DNA of 62,921 nucleotides, filler included, from Reclinomonas americana ATCC 50394 (lineage: Eukaryota), in assembly GCA_048213135.1 (NCBI GenBank). It is 11 parts of 3 records of this genome, joined end to end, with 100 filler letters (N's around TTAATTAATTAA, not from the genome) between each part and the next. Parts side by side here need not be neighbours in the genome. Positions count along the whole stretch, not along the records: positions 49,608 to 53,804 come from PS015370.1; positions 53,905 to 57,742 come from PS015372.1; positions 57,843 to 60,577 come from PS015372.1; positions 60,678 to 62,921 come from PS015372.1; 7 more parts are not named here. One strand, given 5' to 3'. The position numbers were made by a program, and so were the translations under genes. Each line of letters starts with the position of its first letter. The first letter of the stretch is position 1. Shown here in pieces: positions 49,508 to 62,570 of this stretch. Below the pieces are notes generated by a model. That model worked only from the letters and a program-made list of their open reading frames with translations, had not been told where the DNA came from and made no database searches.

Positions 49508-52500
49508 NNNNNNNNNNNNNNNNNNNNNNNNNNNNNNNNNNNNNNNNNNNNTTAATTAATTAANNNNNNNNNNNNNNNNNNNNNNNNNNNNNNNNNNNNN
49601 NNNNNNNCTGTTCACGAAACTCGATAATCCACGGCCGGGTGCTGCACAGATAGAGTGTGCGTGAAAATGAAATGTATTCTGGGCGCACGTACGGCTCCAG
49701 CAATGCGGGAAGACTGTCCGTGTTAACCACGCCTGCAAGCAGCAGCAGCTCAGCGATGTAAAGAAGAGCGAGCAGAAATCTCTCTCATTAACAGAGAAAC
49801 GCACTTATCAATCGGCGCATTGTCGCCACGTCGACGCTGGCATTGGCCCCGTTCCAGAACCTATTCCACGTGGTGTCGGTCGACGGGCGGAATCCAAACT
49901 GCGAACGTGGCTGCTCAGTTCACTTGCAAAGGAGAGAGAAGACGTCCCACGTCGGCCTTGCGCCTCACCTCCAGCAGCATCTCCACGAGCTTGATCAAAA
50001 GTTGGGGGTTGCGAGACATTTGACCATCGAGAGCAAACATCAGCGGTGATGTGTCGCAATCCATGGCAACTCGTCGCATCTCGGCGAGTTGGTCGGGCGA
50101 CAAGGCCAGCAGCCGCGCCCTGCGCAGTCGAGGGTAGGTGCAAAAACAAACGAAGAAGATGAAGACAACGTAAAAGTTCACCTGAGCTGCGCCATGAAAC
50201 CGCACGAGGCGAGCGCGCACAGAGGTACGATTGCTGGGGACATTGCGGCAAGTAGCCTACGCAGACACAAAACAGAGGAGCATCAACACATGTCAGCCAG
50301 CAACTGCTTAAGACTCGAGACTTTAGTCGGCGTACCTTTCCAGGTCGGGGAGTGCACGCGCTTCGCATGTGGCTTGCTGCATGTTGCACCAGTGACGCGA
50401 GATGGCATAGGCCAGTGGAATAATGGTCTCGTGAGGTTTGCCAAGGCCAAGAGTGCCTCCCGACTCTGCGAGAAACGCGTGGAGACACTCAAAGTGACCC
50501 GCACGCAGCGCGAGCAGGGCCGGCGTCGGTCCCACCGACTCCCCATTCTCCATACGACGAGCTGTGCACGACAGGCCGGAGATGTTGCGCACTTGTTGCA
50601 CGACCTGTGCCATGGAGCGAGGAGAATGGTTGAGTGCAAGGATGAAACACGTTTTCTTCCTTTGCAAGGACGGTAAACACCAAACCTCGACGGGGAATCT
50701 CGGAATCGCCGCGACAGTCATGTGCAACACGGTCAGGAACATGCGGCAGTCGTACCTCTGCAACGCGTCCACTCCGTGCGCTCTCACGGTGGCGTCGCAC
50801 AACAGGAGCAGTACACGCGCATTGTCTGCCGTGTGACCTCGCTGTGCGGCTAGCATGACAGGTGTGCATCCGGCGCGGTTGGTGACGGCGAGCCACGCCG
50901 GGAAGCGCTCCGCCAGCTCCTTGACCACTTCCAGGGAGCTGCCGGAGAGTGAGATGAATGAATGGCGTGAAGGGGTAACGGAGCACTCGTGATCGCTCGC
51001 AACATGGCTCGCCGCTGGCAGACGGCATGGAGGGGCGTGTCACCATTCTGGTCGACGGGTGGCGACGGGCCGGTGATCGTGTCGGAGTGCAGACGGATGC
51101 ACTCGAGCAATTCGTCACCGCGTTCGCCAAAGAGCCTGTAGTCCGACACTAGCCAGTGCAGGGGGTGGCGACCCATGACGTCGGGGGCAAGGAGGCTGTC
51201 GCCGATGCCGAGCAAGCTCTAGTTTGAGGAGGAGGAGGAGAGAGGGGGAGGATAAGGAGAAGGAAGACAAGGGAGGAGGAGAGAAAAGAAGGAAGAAGAC
51301 TGAGAAAAGAGAGAAAAAGAGGAGAGATCAGGGAGAGAGTGAAGAAACAAGAGAAAAGACACGAGAGTGGAAGAGGAGGGAAAGAGAGACGAGAAAGAGT
51401 AGATGGCAGAGAGAGGCTGGACAGGAAGAAGACATTGCAACAGGGAGAAGGGGTGAAGGAGGAAAGGGGATGAGACTGAGAAAAGAACGGGGGTTGAAGG
51501 AAGAAGACAAGCACACAGAGAGGAATGGGAGGATAGCGAGGATGAGCAGGAGAGCAGAAAGACAGGCACTGGGAGGGAAAGAGTGGAAAATGCAAGGGCG
51601 AAAAAGGGAGAGAGGAGAGAAGACAAGAAGCAGTTGACGACAATCAATGCGAGAAAGTGCAAAGAGACTGCAAAGAGGATGGAACGATAGAGAAACAAGA
51701 GGAAGAGGCAGACTGGACAACCGAGGCTCAATGTGTGTGCAACATACCGCCGCCTCCAACGTGCGCCGCATGAGCCAAGCATCCGGACCCTCAAAGTCGA
51801 ACAGATGCAGGAGATCGTGGCGTCGGTGTATGCACGACTCCACCGTGCACCACTGCGCATCGCGAAGTGACCTGACGCGAGCGAACACGAGCAGTCGAGC
51901 CTCCGCCGGCGGCAAGCGCGAGTACTCGCCGTCGCATCGGGCGTACTCGTCGACCAAGAAGAGCAGGTGATGCAGCGCGAATGAGTGGTAGAGCAGAGAG
52001 TGGAATGCTGAGCGGCCTTCGTCGTCCTTGGCAAAGGGATCGGCACCGGCATGCAGCAGGGTGCTGACTACGGCTCTGCGATGGCAGGGGGAGGAGAGGG
52101 AGAGAGGGAGAGAGGGAGAGGCGTGGGGAAGAGGGGGAGAGGGGGGAGGGAGAGAGGGAGAGAGAGATGAGTCGAGAAGAAGTGAGAGGACGAGGAAGGA
52201 AGGAAGACAGGGAAAAGAAAGAGAATGGGGAGCCAGAAAGGAAGAGTGGAAGACATTGAGGGAGAAAACTGAATGGGTGACTGCGGGTGGAGGATGACAC
52301 CAGCGAACACGGAGCCAGTGTAATGAGTGAGTGAGAGAGAGAGAGAGAGGCCGGCGGGTGAACAGTAGACGAGAGTACGGAATGAGTGAAAGGAAAGACC
52401 AGGGAAGAGAGCAACTATGTGCAGAGAGAAAGAGAGAGAGAGAGAGAAACGAGAAGCAAAGGCGTCGGAGGCATACGCGGAAGAAGCGAAAGACAAGGAT

Positions 52501-53290
52501 TGGTTGAGAGAGAGAAGAATTGAAAGTTGGCAAGGCGAGGAGCCAGAGATGAGAGAAGGAGGGCGACATAAACGCAACTCGCTGCCAAAATCACACACGT
52601 GCAGCGGGGTGCGACCGCGCCCATCCCGCACCGCCACCATCGCAGCACTCGCATCCACATCCCCCGCCTCCGTCAACAGCTGCACCAGCTCCTCGTGCCA
52701 CCCATGCTCCGCGGCCACATGCACCGCACTAGTGCTTCTCACTGTCTCTGCTGCCTCCTCTGCAGAGTTCCACTCACGCGAGGACACCTCCAACGACACC
52801 ACAGCCGCCATCTCCGCGAGCATGTGACACAATTGCAGTCGAGAAGCGCGCGGATGCAGCAACACATGCACCAGTGCACTGCTCCCGTCCGCTCGGCAGC
52901 GGACAAGTACATGCATCCAAGGTGACGATGGCGAGGAGAAATCTTCCGAACCCATCGACGATTGCAATCCACGAAATTGCTTACACAGCTCATCCAGCAG
53001 CGGTTGGCGCGCCATTACCAATAGATCGTCACCGTCAACTGCGCACGGGCCTTCCTCGGACAACCATTCACGCGGCAAACATCCGAGTTTCGGGACAGCA
53101 TGCGGACGGCCGCCGAGAAGCGGTGGAGAAACACACCAGTCATGCGATAAGGGCGGGAATGGCTTCTCGTCTGACTCGCAGTCAAGATGCAAGACAACAG
53201 CAACATCCTGCAGACAGCGCAGCGGACAATTAGTGTAAGCACCAAGCAGGTGAGCAGGCAGAGAGCGCGCGCGCGTGCCTCATCAATCAT
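44030..53290 (-). CDS. Large ankyrin-repeat protein with a central TANC/ANKRD50-like P-loop (STAND-class) NTPase; possibly more than one gene across gaps
   Basis: ANK repeats: VHVAAEHG, DGRGRTPLHV, GADPFAKDDEGRSAFH, DQNGDTPLHAVC, NRAGCTPVMLAAQRGH, DCYGHLAIHWAARAG, DVNGETALH, ELAHVCGHQEVAKFL. NTPase: GFVGREWFYDML, LAVIGGAGTGKTALFAQL (~47320-47375), VVGAYF, EFVICIAHMLAESLPAY. Confidence 0.75.
48202..48796. repeat. (GGGGAGGATGA)n 11-bp intronic minisatellite spanning a gap
   Basis: Read directly on both sides of the gap. Confidence 0.9.
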
Positions 53291-53416
53291 CGTCGTGGCT
53301 TGCACGTACGAGCACGAGAGGGGTGTTGCAAGCGCCGACTGAACAATGCAACACGGATGTATTTTTAACAGCGCGCAGGACGCGCGCCGCGGGACGGCCA
53401 CGCATTGATTCCCGTG

Positions 53417-53688
53417 ATGGCCGTTGCCGCGCATGGATTGTTGCGCCTCTCTGCGACCGAGGTAAGTGCGTTTAACACTGGCTTTCGTTCTTGTGTTTGT
53501 TTTAAATGGTTTGTTGCAGCTTTCGCATCATTTCCGGTCGACGTCGTCTGTGGTGAATGTGGTGCTTGCGGCGCATGCGGAGGCGCATCGGCATGTGCTT
53601 CCGCATGGATGTGCGGCGTATTTGAATGTGCGAGCGAGTGAATTGGTGGTGAAGGAGGCGGAGGAGGCGGCCAAGAGGATTGCGCGAG
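53417..53688 (+). CDS. Probable 5' exons of an amidase-signature family protein (GatA/amidase-like); rest lost in the gap
   Basis: Exons 53417-53461 and 53520-53688 give MAVAAHGLLRLSATELSHHFRSTSSVVNVV...AAYLNV...VKEAEEAAKRIARG. This resembles the amidase N-terminus that precedes the GPLxG(V/I)P motif. The catalytic motifs are not visible. Confidence 0.45.
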
Positions 53689-53924
53689 GTGAATGGGAGG
53701 CAAAGGGAGAGAGGAGAGGGTCTCGTTGTGTTTAGGCTTGCATTCTGCATGTTGATGAGCGATGATGGAATGCATCGTGTGTTGTTGTTGATCTTCTTCT
53801 TCTCNNNNNNNNNNNNNNNNNNNNNNNNNNNNNNNNNNNNNNNNNNNNTTAATTAATTAANNNNNNNNNNNNNNNNNNNNNNNNNNNNNNNNNNNNNNNN
53901 NNNNAGACGAGAGAGAGAGAGTAG

Positions 53925-54052
<128 letters not shown>

Positions 54053-54211
54053 ATGAATAAGCGAGAAAGTGAGGCAACGGAATGAGAGTGTGGCGACAGC
54101 TTCTCAAGTCACACGTGCTCACAGTGCTCTCACTCTGACTCAATCAGTGCATGAATGTGCAAGGGAGTGAATGATTGAGAGAACGATCAATGCACACACA
54201 CGCATTGCAGC

Positions 54212-54261
<50 letters not shown>

Positions 54262-54520
54262 GCCACACAGCACTCCCTTCTACCTCTCTCTCTCACTCTT
54301 TCAAATTCACTCACAAGTTCGTCACTGTGCGCGAATTGAATGCCACCGCACCCTCATCCACCGCGTTAAACACTTCTCGTGTGCGATCGGCCATTCACTG
54401 CTCTCAACGAGACACACAAAGACGGAGACACGACACAATCACTGCAGGACAGTGCGCAGTCGACGTTCCACCTGCTCTCCTCTGCTGGCCAGCGCTGTTG
54501 CTGCTGCTGTAAGTGGCACT

Positions 54521-55942
54521 TTACACATCAGCTCGCATCATGCGGTCAAAGTCTCGGAAACTGACTCGTCCGTCGCCGTCTGCGGTGTGTGAAGTTGTCA
54601 GCAGCGGGAGAAAAGGCGATCAAAGATGAGGGTCTCACCTGAGTCGATCTCACGGAACACCTGTTCAATGGTGCTCTCGGCCGTGCGCGGGGCTACCTTG
54701 TGGAAGGCCTCGCGAACTTGCTCGAGAACGAGGAAACCGCGATCTGTGGGAAAGGGCGAAGAGGATGGGCACGAGAACGGGAAGCAGAGACAGTGCAGGC
54801 TAGGAAGATATATCTTGGCGGAGAAGCTCATAAGCGGACAGGGCGAAGACGATGGGAAGGAGCAGAGAGCGCAAGTAAGGAAGATATATCTTGGCGGAGA
54901 AGCTCATAAGCGGACAGGGCGAAGAGGATGGGCGGAGAAGCTCGAATAAGCGGACAGGGCGAAGAGGATGGGAAGAAGCAGAGAGCGCAGGTAAGGAAGA
55001 TCTCCTGGCGGGGTATAAGCGGAAAGAGCGAAGATGATAGGCCCGAGCATGGAAGCAGGCAAGAAAGAGATATCTTGGCGGAGAAGCTCACAAGTGGAAA
55101 GGGCGAAGAGGATGGGCACGAGCGCGAAAGCAGGCAAGAAAAAGATCTCCTGGCGGGGAAGCTCATATAAGCGGAAGGGGCGAAGATGATGGGCCAGGCA
55201 AGAAAGAGATATCTTGGCGGAGAAGCTCACAAGCGGACACGGCGAAGAGGATGGGAAGAAGAAGAGAGCGCAGGTAAGGAAGAGATCTCCTGGCGGAGAA
55301 GCTCATATAAGCGGAAGGGGCGAAGATGATGGGCCCGAGCATGGAAGCAGGCAAGGAAGAGATATCTTGGCAGAGAAGCTCAGATAAGTGAGTGAATCCT
55401 CCAACGAAGATCACGAAGAATAAACGGCACGCATCGTAGCAAACGGGAGAAGAGAAGGCAGACGCAGCATCCACTGCGAACAGGATAAGCGACGCGGGCA
55501 CACGGCAGGAAAGAGAAAGCGAGTGGACCCATAGTGGGTGATGAGGGGCACAACTCAAAAGCATTGAGTTCCGAGTTCTGCTTCTCCCTCCCCGACGCAC
55601 CTTGATAATCAAACGCCTTGAAGATCTGCCGCACATACTCGGCATCGCTGATTCGCCGCAGTTTGTCGACAGTGAGCAACAAGAACTCGTCCAGCGTAAT
55701 GGAGACGCGCGCCGCTCGCGGATCATCAGCGGCCAGCACTTCCTCCTCTCCTCCTCCACCTGCTTCTCGCTCCGGATGTGCCACGACGCGTGGTGGAAAC
55801 AGTCGTGCCAGCTCAAACTGCACGCGCATGAGACAGTGAGAGGAGAAGGAAGCGGTGGGTGCGTAGTGGGGCGCAACTTTCGAAGGGTTGAAGCCAAAGA
55901 GCATCAAGTGGGCGAGCTTGTAGCCACGACGATCCAGCGCTG
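54521..55942 (-). CDS. EFCAB11: EF-hand calcium-binding protein, EFCAB11-like (5' exon missing)
   Basis: Spliced product: LDRRGYKLAHLMLFGFNPSK...ITLDEFL...VRQIFKAFDYQDRGFLVLEQVREAFHKVAPR...EQVFREIDSDGDGRVSFRDFDRMM. This closely follows the EFCAB11 pattern. Confidence 0.8.
54750..55390. repeat. Intronic degenerate ~60-70-bp tandem repeat
   Basis: gatatcttggcggagaagctcataagcggacagggcgaagaggatggg recurs about 9-10 times with variants. Confidence 0.85.
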
Positions 55943-56631
55943 GAAGAGGAGAGAGCAGGGTGAGTGAGGAGATAAGAGACAGGCAGAGAAGGAGACACCA
56001 CCAGAGGCCTTGACTCAGGTACAGAGAGAAGTGTCACTCAGCCCCTCGCTCGCACGGCAGTGTCAGAAGAAGAGCGAAGCAGCACAGAAGAAGGAGAAGA
56101 GGAAGAAAAAGAAGAAGCAGGAGGAGGAGGAGGAGGCGGAGGAGGGGTGGAGGAGGAGAAGGGGAAGTGAGGAAAAGGAAGAGGAAGAGGAAGAAGCAAG
56201 AGGAGGAGGAGAAGAAGAAGAAAGACGGGGAGAAGAAGAAGAAGAAGAAGAACAAGATGAAGAAGAGAGCCAGAGAGAGAGAGAGAGAGAGAAAGAAGAG
56301 AGAGAGAGAGAGAAGAGAGAGAGACNNNNNNNNNNNNNNNNNNNNNNNNNNNNNNNNNNNNNNNNNNNNNNNNNNNNNNNNNNNNNNNNNNNNNNNNNNN
56401 NNNNNNNNNNNNNNNNNNNNNNNNNNNNNNNNNNNNNNNNNNNNNNNNNNNNNNNNNNNNNNNNNNNNNNNNNNNNNNNTCTCTCTCTCTCTCTCTTCTT
56501 CTCTCTCTCTCTCCTTCTTCTTCTTCTTCCTCCTCCTCCTCCTCCCCCACCCTCCTCCTCCTCCTCCCCCCTTCCCCTTCCCCCTTCCCCTTCCACATCC
56601 TTCCCCTTCCCTCACTCTTCCCCCCATCCAG

Positions 56632-57720
56632 CCCATCAACGTCTGGAACATCGACAGCGAGCTCTCCGCACCACCCCCCGCCCGCCTCGCCCGCCTGCAG
56701 ACCCACCTTCTCCTTCACCACCACCCGCCCTCACCGCTCGCCTCACTCACCGAGCAACCGGCACTGTCGACCGCCGACGACTGCCTTACGCTGCTCTCGT
56801 GGCTCGGCGAGTGGACGGCCGGAGGTGAACAGTTGTCCACGCGCGTGGATGGCGACACGTTGCGCTTGTATGCGCGCAAGGCTGTGACGTCGTTCTCGCG
56901 CGTTGTTGCCGCGGGCGAAGGGCAGTCGGTGGACGAGGTGTTGGCGTGGGCGAGGGAGGTGCACGCGGACAATTCCGGGGAAGAGGATGCGCTGGTGGAT
57001 GGCCGGCAGTGGTTGCTGGGCGGCGGCAATGGCGATGGCGATGGAGGTGGAGAGCGCGACGTGTTTACGCGACCGGGTGTGCTTCCGGAGCTGGCGCAAG
57101 CGGCGCAACTGGTCAGTGGATGCCTCCGCGACTGGCTGCTGGTGTGTCGCGTGCATCGCACCGCCGCCACCACAACCGCAGGTGCTTTTCTTTCACTCTC
57201 CAGTGATGCTGTCGCTGCAACTCATCTCTTCCTGCAGCCTCCCGTCGCCGACAAGAGCCACTGGCCACCGACGCACAGGCCGCGGAAGAAGTCTTCATGC
57301 CGGGCGCCACAGCAGCGCTTTTCCCGCTGTGCCAGGCCGTGGCGGAGCTGGCCGCCATCGTCGTGCGTGAGAACATGCAATGGCGCGAGGCGGTGCGCTC
57401 GTGGCGGCCGCTGCAAGAGGTGACCACGCACACTTGCTTTTCCCCTTCCCTGCCCTTTGCCCTCACCATCTTTTCATGCGCGCGCAGAGCGACGCAGTGG
57501 TCGGCGAGCAGTTGGACGCGGCAGAGAGGCGAGTGGACGAGGCTCGGGCGCGCCTGGCTGCCGAGCTGGCGCACCTGCGCGACATGTACGGCTGGCTGCG
57601 TCGATGTGTGCGACGGGCGCTGCTCGAGCGGTCCATGACGGTCGACGCCGTCATTCGGCAGCTGCTGGACGACTGCACCAATCCGCTGGCCAGTGGCACC
57701 AGCGCGTCTGTTGCGTTGAC
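56632..57720 (+). CDS. Hypothetical helical protein (partial, bounded by gaps)
   Basis: GC-rich exons at ~56632-57120, ~57238-57419 and ~57488-57700 with plausible GT/AG boundaries. Confidence 0.5.
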
Positions 57721-57907
57721 AAAGGGAGGGAGTGCGGGGGAGNNNNNNNNNNNNNNNNNNNNNNNNNNNNNNNNNNNNNNNNNNNNTTAATTAATTAANN
57801 NNNNNNNNNNNNNNNNNNNNNNNNNNNNNNNNNNNNNNNNNNAAGAGTGGGAGAGAGTGGTGAGCATCTTGCGGGCAGAAGAGGAACGTCATAATACAAC
57901 ACCAACC

Positions 57908-59255
57908 TGCGAGTGGTCCATGGTGGAGGCGCCACACATTAGTGGCGGCGGCAGCACAAAGGTCGGCGGCATGATCGGTGCCGAGGCCAGCTGCGGAGTG
58001 CCAATGTCGGGACTGCTGCACTCCGAGTCGTCGTAGAGAACGCTCTCCAGGTCGGAGCCGGTGGCCGACGAAAGCGAATCGTGCGCCAGACGGCCGTGGT
58101 GCATAAACTGCGACGACTCGTCCAGCGATACGTGCGGGCCGCTGGTGAAGCGAATGAGGTGCTCACGCGACGGCATGCCGCGTCCAGCGCGAGCGCCAAT
58201 CGGCGTCGCCAACTCCTCGTCGCCGTCGTCGTCGTTGCCGACGTCAGCCAGCAGGCGCTCCAGATCGTGCCGTCGCTGTTTTCGTCAATCAAATGGGAGG
58301 TGAGATTCGCGGTCACCACAGAGTGTGTGTGCGTGATTCAAGAAAAAGTGAGGGAGCACGCAACATGCCAGGTCGGGCGCGGAGGCGTGTGGCTCGCCCT
58401 CGCCGTGTCGTGATCCCAAATGTTGGTGGCGCACATGGCCTGTCGCACAGCGATGGGTCGCGGCCGGTGGGCCGCCACAGGATGCTGCGAGATAAAGGAC
58501 GGCGGCGCCTGCAGCAGTGGCGGCGGAATGGTGTAGGTCGGCTGGATAAAGCGCGGCGCCTCGCACACCGGCACCATTGGCGGCGGCGGCAACACGAGCG
58601 CGGTCAGCGACAGACCCGAACCGCTCTGCTGCACGTGCACCGGCGGCGGCGGCGGCACATCGGTGAGTCCACGCATGTAAGCGAGGACCGAGGCCGAAGG
58701 CGGCACAAAGCGCCGTGGCGGCGTGCATGGCGCCGGTTGCCGCCGACGCACGCCACTGCCGACACTCTTGCTGCGCACCGACGACGCCACTTTCTCCTCC
58801 TCCTCATCGTCGTCGTCATCGTCGCCGTGGTCGACGCCATCCACGTACTCGTCATCGTCATCGTCCATTGCGCCCTCGTCTTCCACCTCCTCCTCGTCAT
58901 CATCATCGTCGTCGTCGTCAGCGGCGGCGGCGGCAGTGATGGCCGCCATGCGGTGCAGTTGCATCATGTTGGGGAATGGGCTGCGCTGCTCGTCCATGCT
59001 GACGTGCTGGCGCTGCACCGTGCGTACGCGACTGCGACGAGTGGCACCACCAGTGGGGGTGCTTGCACTGGTCGCCGGCAACATCAATGGCGGTGGCGGC
59101 GAGACGGCCACAGTCGTTGTCGATGACAGTGACGACACCGACAGCTGCGGCGGCGGCAGCTTGATGCTGAGTGGCTTGACATTGGCGGTAGCGGCGGCCG
59201 ACGATGCCAGCGGGGTGGGCAGGCGCGAGACGGCTTCCTCGATAAAGGCGGCTGA
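57908..59255 (-). CDS. Low-complexity Pro/Asp/Ser-rich hypothetical protein (internal exons)
   Basis: A long open exon at ~58360-59250 with an acidic tract and PPP motifs, plus an exon at ~57910-58260. Confidence 0.55.
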
Positions 59256-60773
59256 GAGAGGATGAAGAGGAGGAGTAAGAATCAATGATGTTCGAACGAT
59301 GCGATGGTTGATTCGAGAATGATGCAGGGGATGCAGACAGAGGAGGGGAGAGAGGAGAGAGGAAGAGAGGGGAGAAGGGAGAGATAAGGGAGAGGGTGGT
59401 GGGAAGAGGAGAGATGAAGAGGCGAGCGTGCGTTCTGAAGAATAATTGGAGGCATTTCGAACACAATGCGCAAATGTCACTGTCAGATGAGCGAGAGTGT
59501 GTGAGAGAGAGGAAGAGAGGGATGGAAAGAAGAGAGGATGGGGGGAGAGAGAGCACACACGCGCACATTGTCAGCTCGGACGCAAATGATGAAAAAATGT
59601 AACATGCAAACACGAGACACACACACACACTCACTGCCACGAAGAGCAGAGCACGACAGCAGTAAGAGGAGGTGGACAGGAGAGCAGAAGAGAACGCAAT
59701 GTGCAAGGAAAAACGGACAAGAAAGAACCGCCCAAGTGATGCAGGGAAAAACGAGTGACGAAATGCACGTGCATGAGTGAGACGCAGAAGCATGGAACAA
59801 CAAACAAAACAGCACAACGACACAAAAAATGACAATGAAACACAGGAGGGCAAAGGAAGGAGTCGCAAAACAGCGGACGCCAAATTTGGAAGTCACGCTC
59901 CATGACATGCGAGAGTATTGGCACAGAAGAAACAGACACACACAAGTGGGAAGAGAGGTGGTGTACAGAAAGACAGACAAGACAAAGAAAAAAACTCATT
60001 TCCGAGAGAGAACTATAATGACGGCTGAGAGGAGTGAGAGATGGAAGCACAAGAATGCGAACAAATGCGCCTCCGTCTTTTCAACACAAAAAAACAACAA
60101 CAATGGCAACAAGAATCATTCTCTCTCGCACACACACACGCGCGTGATGTCACACACATGCACACAGACACACATAAACAAACAAAGAAGAAAGAGAAGT
60201 GTGTGTGAACAGCAGTCAAACAAGAGAAAGCAGAGTGTTTGAGCAAATGAATGAAACGTGCATGCACGCTCTCACCACGCAGCCAGAGCAAAGAGTAAGC
60301 GTGTGTGAGAAAGAGAGAGGCAGGCACACACACACGCAGAGAAAGAGAGAGAAAGACAAACATGAGTGCAATACATCCTTCTCGGAAAAGACACAAAAAC
60401 ACATTGTAAAGAGAAAGCAACACACGCGCGCGCTTGTCCTCACACACACACACACACGCACACACACGCACAGACGACGACAAAGAAAAGTGTGTGTTTT
60501 GTGTGCAACATGTCACACTTTTTTTGTTTGTTTGCGCGTGAGATCACCGAACACACACTCACACACACACGCTCACCNNNNNNNNNNNNNNNNNNNNNNN
60601 NNNNNNNNNNNNNNNNNNNNNTTAATTAATTAANNNNNNNNNNNNNNNNNNNNNNNNNNNNNNNNNNNNNNNNNNNNTACCTACCTACCTACCTACCTAC
60701 CTACCTACCTACCTACCTACCTACCTACCTACCTACCTACCTACCTACCTACCTACCTACCTACCTACCTACC

Positions 60774-60887
<114 letters not shown>

Positions 60888-60904
60888 ACCCACTATTACG
60901 CAAC

Positions 60905-61035
60905 TTGTAGAACTTGGCCTTGATCTGTCGGGCCTTGTTGAGCGAGGCACCGGGCGGGATGTAGTACTTGGCCTCGAAGCGGCTGTCGCCGTCGAAATCG
61001 TACGCCTCAAACGCCGCAAGCTGCTGTTGGCTCAT
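60905..61035 (-). CDS. First exon of a possible TMEM33/Pom33-like protein
   Basis: MSQQQLAAFEAYDFDGDSRFEAKYYIPPGASLNKARQIKAKFYK|GTTGCG resembles the (Y/F)D..D..W..Y...IPP...K.KFY N-terminus of plant/protist TMEM33-like proteins. The rest is in the gap. Confidence 0.45.
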
Positions 61036-61430
61036 TGGAGTGCAAATACAATGAAGTCGCAGTTTGTGGGACAACACAACCACTGCGAAGCTGTGCACTT
61101 GAGGAAGCTTGCTGCTCAGTGCGTACACTGTTGTTCTACACACAGGGATGGGCTGTGCACGTGGCCAGTGTCGCTGCATCTCAAAAAAAACGTGTACAAA
61201 CAAAACACTTCATTCACCACATTCCAATAATGCGACAAACGAGCACAAATCCCTTGCCGACGATGACCTTGGCACACCAACAATATGCAAGCACATAATT
61301 ACTTCTCCAACAGTCATCTTCGAATTCCCTTTCAGGAGGCAAAGCCAATCAAACGCGTGTTAGCCTCAAAAGGATTTAAATATTTCGTGGCGCAAAATGT
61401 TTCAGCAAAGGCGCTGTTGACTAAAACGCA

Positions 61431-62260
61431 ATGGCGCAAAAACGACGCTTGAGGTGGTCAGTTGCCCGAAGGCAGCGGCGTTGTTGCGGGGGATGGTCAC
61501 ATGAAAGCAGTCCGTCTGTCTTCGTAGTCGTTCCAGATTCAAAAGTCCGGCTGCTTGCATTCTCCTGCGTCAAGCACCCCCCATACACACATGTATGTCA
61601 TCTGTGCATGCCTGTACAGATACGAGCTCAGGCCGTCCGTGACAGAGGCCGCACTTTCGAATTCGAATTTCTCGACGTCGACGCGAAGTTGTCCATCTTT
61701 CTTGTGCGCTTGCGTCTCCTTGCTCGGAACTTTATTCCCACAGAGGTATTAACTCCATAGCCACACCGCGCTATCAACCAGCTGACTTTGCTTCGCAACA
61801 GACAAGTTCGTGTCCCACACCCAATATCACGCACACAAAGACATGAGCTTCGGAGGAGGAGCACCCGCCACCGCGCCTCTCACCGGCGACGGCCGCGACG
61901 CCGCCGAACGCGTCGGCCTCCGCTCCAGCAACCTTCTCCTCCTCGAAAGCATCACACTTGGTACAAACATCACGTGCCATGTCCATCTCTCTCACACACA
62001 CACTCACTCTCTCTCTCTCTCATTAGATGTCGCCGACAACCTTGCCTCGCTGATCGAGCACGCTGCGCCTGGGTACGAGAGCGACTTTCTGCTCAATCAA
62101 GTGCTGGCCTTGCCACAACAGCAGCAGCAGCAGCAGAGGCGAGGTGGTGACTCAGCAGCAAGTGCGTCTGATGCAGCACTGCTGCAGCAGCAGGGGCATG
62201 ATGGGCGCTTCCGCGTGCCTGTGTGCACGGAGTTGTTGAAGCTGTTGTCGGAGTTGCGTT
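61431..62260 (+). CDS. Hypothetical protein, 5' exons
   Basis: GT-AG-bounded exons at ~61620-61745, 61802-61960 and 62027-62250. No family recognised. Confidence 0.4.
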
Positions 62261-62570
62261 GTGTGTGTGTGTGCGAGAGAAAAAGGATGCGCATATTGGT
62301 TCATTTGTTCCGAGGAGGAGAGAGAGAGACACGCACACACACGCAAAGAGACACACATGCACAGTGTGCGCGTTATGCGTGTGTCTCCTTGTGTGTCTTT
62401 TGTTGTTTATTCTCTCGCTTTTCGTCTTGTGTCTTGTCATGCTCTTCTTTCTCTCTTTCTCTCTCTCTGTTTGCTGCTTGCTCTTGTGTGCTTCGTCGTG
62501 TATGGCTGTTGCTCTGTGCTGGCTTGTGCTCATGCAAAGATTCGCTGATTCGCGTTCGCTGCGTGAGAAG

